Below are positions 62,751 to 64,000 of a DNA stretch of 64,000 nt, in pieces (position 1 is the stretch's first letter; every line of letters begins with the position of its first letter). The stretch lies in assembly GCF_006345805.1 (NCBI RefSeq), contig NC_043000.1:112468001-112532000 (forward strand), read 5' to 3'. This DNA comes from Octopus sinensis. Its lineage: Eukaryota. A program made the translations under genes and the position numbers. The notes beneath the pieces were generated by a model. That model saw only the letters and a list, made by a program, of their open reading frames with translations. It made no database searches and was not told the origin of the DNA.

Positions 62751-62792
62751 CACGCATCCCTCACTATTCTCGGTCCGGACTCCGGAAAGCAG
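62751..62792 (+). CDS. Predicted 42-nt exon (x-RIPHYSRSGLRKA)
   Basis: cttcctacag acceptor; gtttgt donor (same donor hexamer as two confident exons); phase 1 to 1; CpG-rich and coding-like. Confidence 0.7.
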
Positions 62793-63455
62793 GTTTGTAC
62801 ATAACCAAAGAGACAAATTCTATATATATACGTATATATGTATGCACACATATATATGTATTTATATACTGAAAACAACTGCCGCTGGATTCTGTTCTCT
62901 TTCCCAACCAAAGCTCAGGCTCACCCTCCCCTCCTCCCCTTTCATTTACCCTCTTTTTTGTCCCGCCATCTTTCTCTCTCTCATTATCAAAACTTAACTC
63001 ATTGTTTAAATATATTCACTGTTGCACACCGTTTCAATGCTTGCAAACGAAGAAGATATCACAAAAACAATTAAAAAAATTTACAAAGTTGAATGGTTCT
63101 TGGGAAGTGATTGCTTTTCTCAAATTATTTTGGTTATAATCAAAAATAATATGTAATGATATTGTCGTTTGTCATTGTCGTTAGCATGGGTTGGCTGTGT
63201 GTGCAATTTCTTAAATTTGCATGAGTTGTTGTAGCCAATGGCTCACATTAGGCTGCTTTGCAGGATGCTAACCATTCCCCGCAGCCAATTTTTTTCTTTC
63301 TTTGTAAGCCATAAGCTGCTAGGATTAGGTTTCAGTCGAGTTGGTCATGGATGTAACAGAGACTATTGCTGCTGCTGTTGTTGCTGTTGTTGCAGCTCCT
63401 TGGAAAGATATTATTCTCTGATAATATTCCAATCTATGAAGCCGTGTTCCATTGG

Positions 63456-64000
63456 TGCAAGGAGTGGTTATGTGGTATGAAGTTTGCTTCCCAGCCACAT
63501 GGTTCTGGGTTCAGTCTCACTTCATGGTGCTTTAAGTGTCTTCTGCTACAGTCTTGGGTTCACCAGCCTTGTGGGTGGATTTGGTAGATGGAAACTGTAA
63601 GAAGCCTGTCTCATACACGTGTGTGTGTGTGTGTGTGTGTCTGTTCCCCACTGCTGCTTGACAACCAGTGTTGGTGTGTCCTCAGGATATGAAATTATTT
63701 TATTCTATTTTAATAACTTGAAATGTTATTGCTCGGTTAAACTATAACAACAGGACCAAACAGTAATTTAATAATAATATTTATTTCTAGAGATTATTTA
63801 ATATTACTAAGAATTAATTTCTCATCATTTCTAAAATAAACAATTTACTATCCCCGTAACTTAGCAGCTCAGCAGGTGGGATTGATAGAATAAGTACCAG
63901 ATTGAAAACCAAATAAAAAAAAAATCTAAGTCCTGGCATTGATACATTCAACTAAAAGAAAATTCTTCAGGGCAGTGCCCCAGCATGGCCACAGTTTAGT
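63456..64000 (+). mobile_element. SINE family B interrupted by an AT-rich insert (about 63683-63845)
   Basis: Consensus ggtgtgtttacgtccccgtaac is split across the insert. Confidence 0.7.

Overview
AT-rich, repeat-dense animal genomic DNA. The SINE, MITE and microsatellite landscape suggests Octopus or another coleoid cephalopod; this is an inference from recalled repeat patterns, not a database result. There is one protein-coding gene, on the + strand: a CAMSAP/Patronin-family microtubule minus-end binding protein. Eleven phase-consistent GT-AG exons (14225-47958, 4633 nt, about 1544 codons) encode the CH domain, CC1, CC2, a Pro/Ser-rich region and CC3. Two predicted microexons follow (60748-60780 and 62751-62792). 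The N-terminal exons and the C-terminal CKK domain were not found and presumably lie outside the window. Introns hold tRNA-derived SINEs, a SINE family with an internal VNTR and an RTE-like tail, RTE and CR1 LINE remnants, piggyBac, hAT and Tc1/mariner MITEs, Helentron-like elements and Penelope-like ends. The best leads are: (1) a well-formed type I hammerhead ribozyme candidate on the sense strand (10792-10834), plus a second family of decayed hammerheads; (2) ten tandem HE-A[VL]P[IML] units in the giant exon that resemble latent Smac-type IAP-binding motifs; (3) an SxIP motif created at an exon junction and destroyed if the 33-nt microexon is included; (4) a 460-bp near-perfect spacerless palindrome; (5) a 32-bp intronic stem enclosing a G4 motif. 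No prokaryotic features or CRISPR arrays were found.
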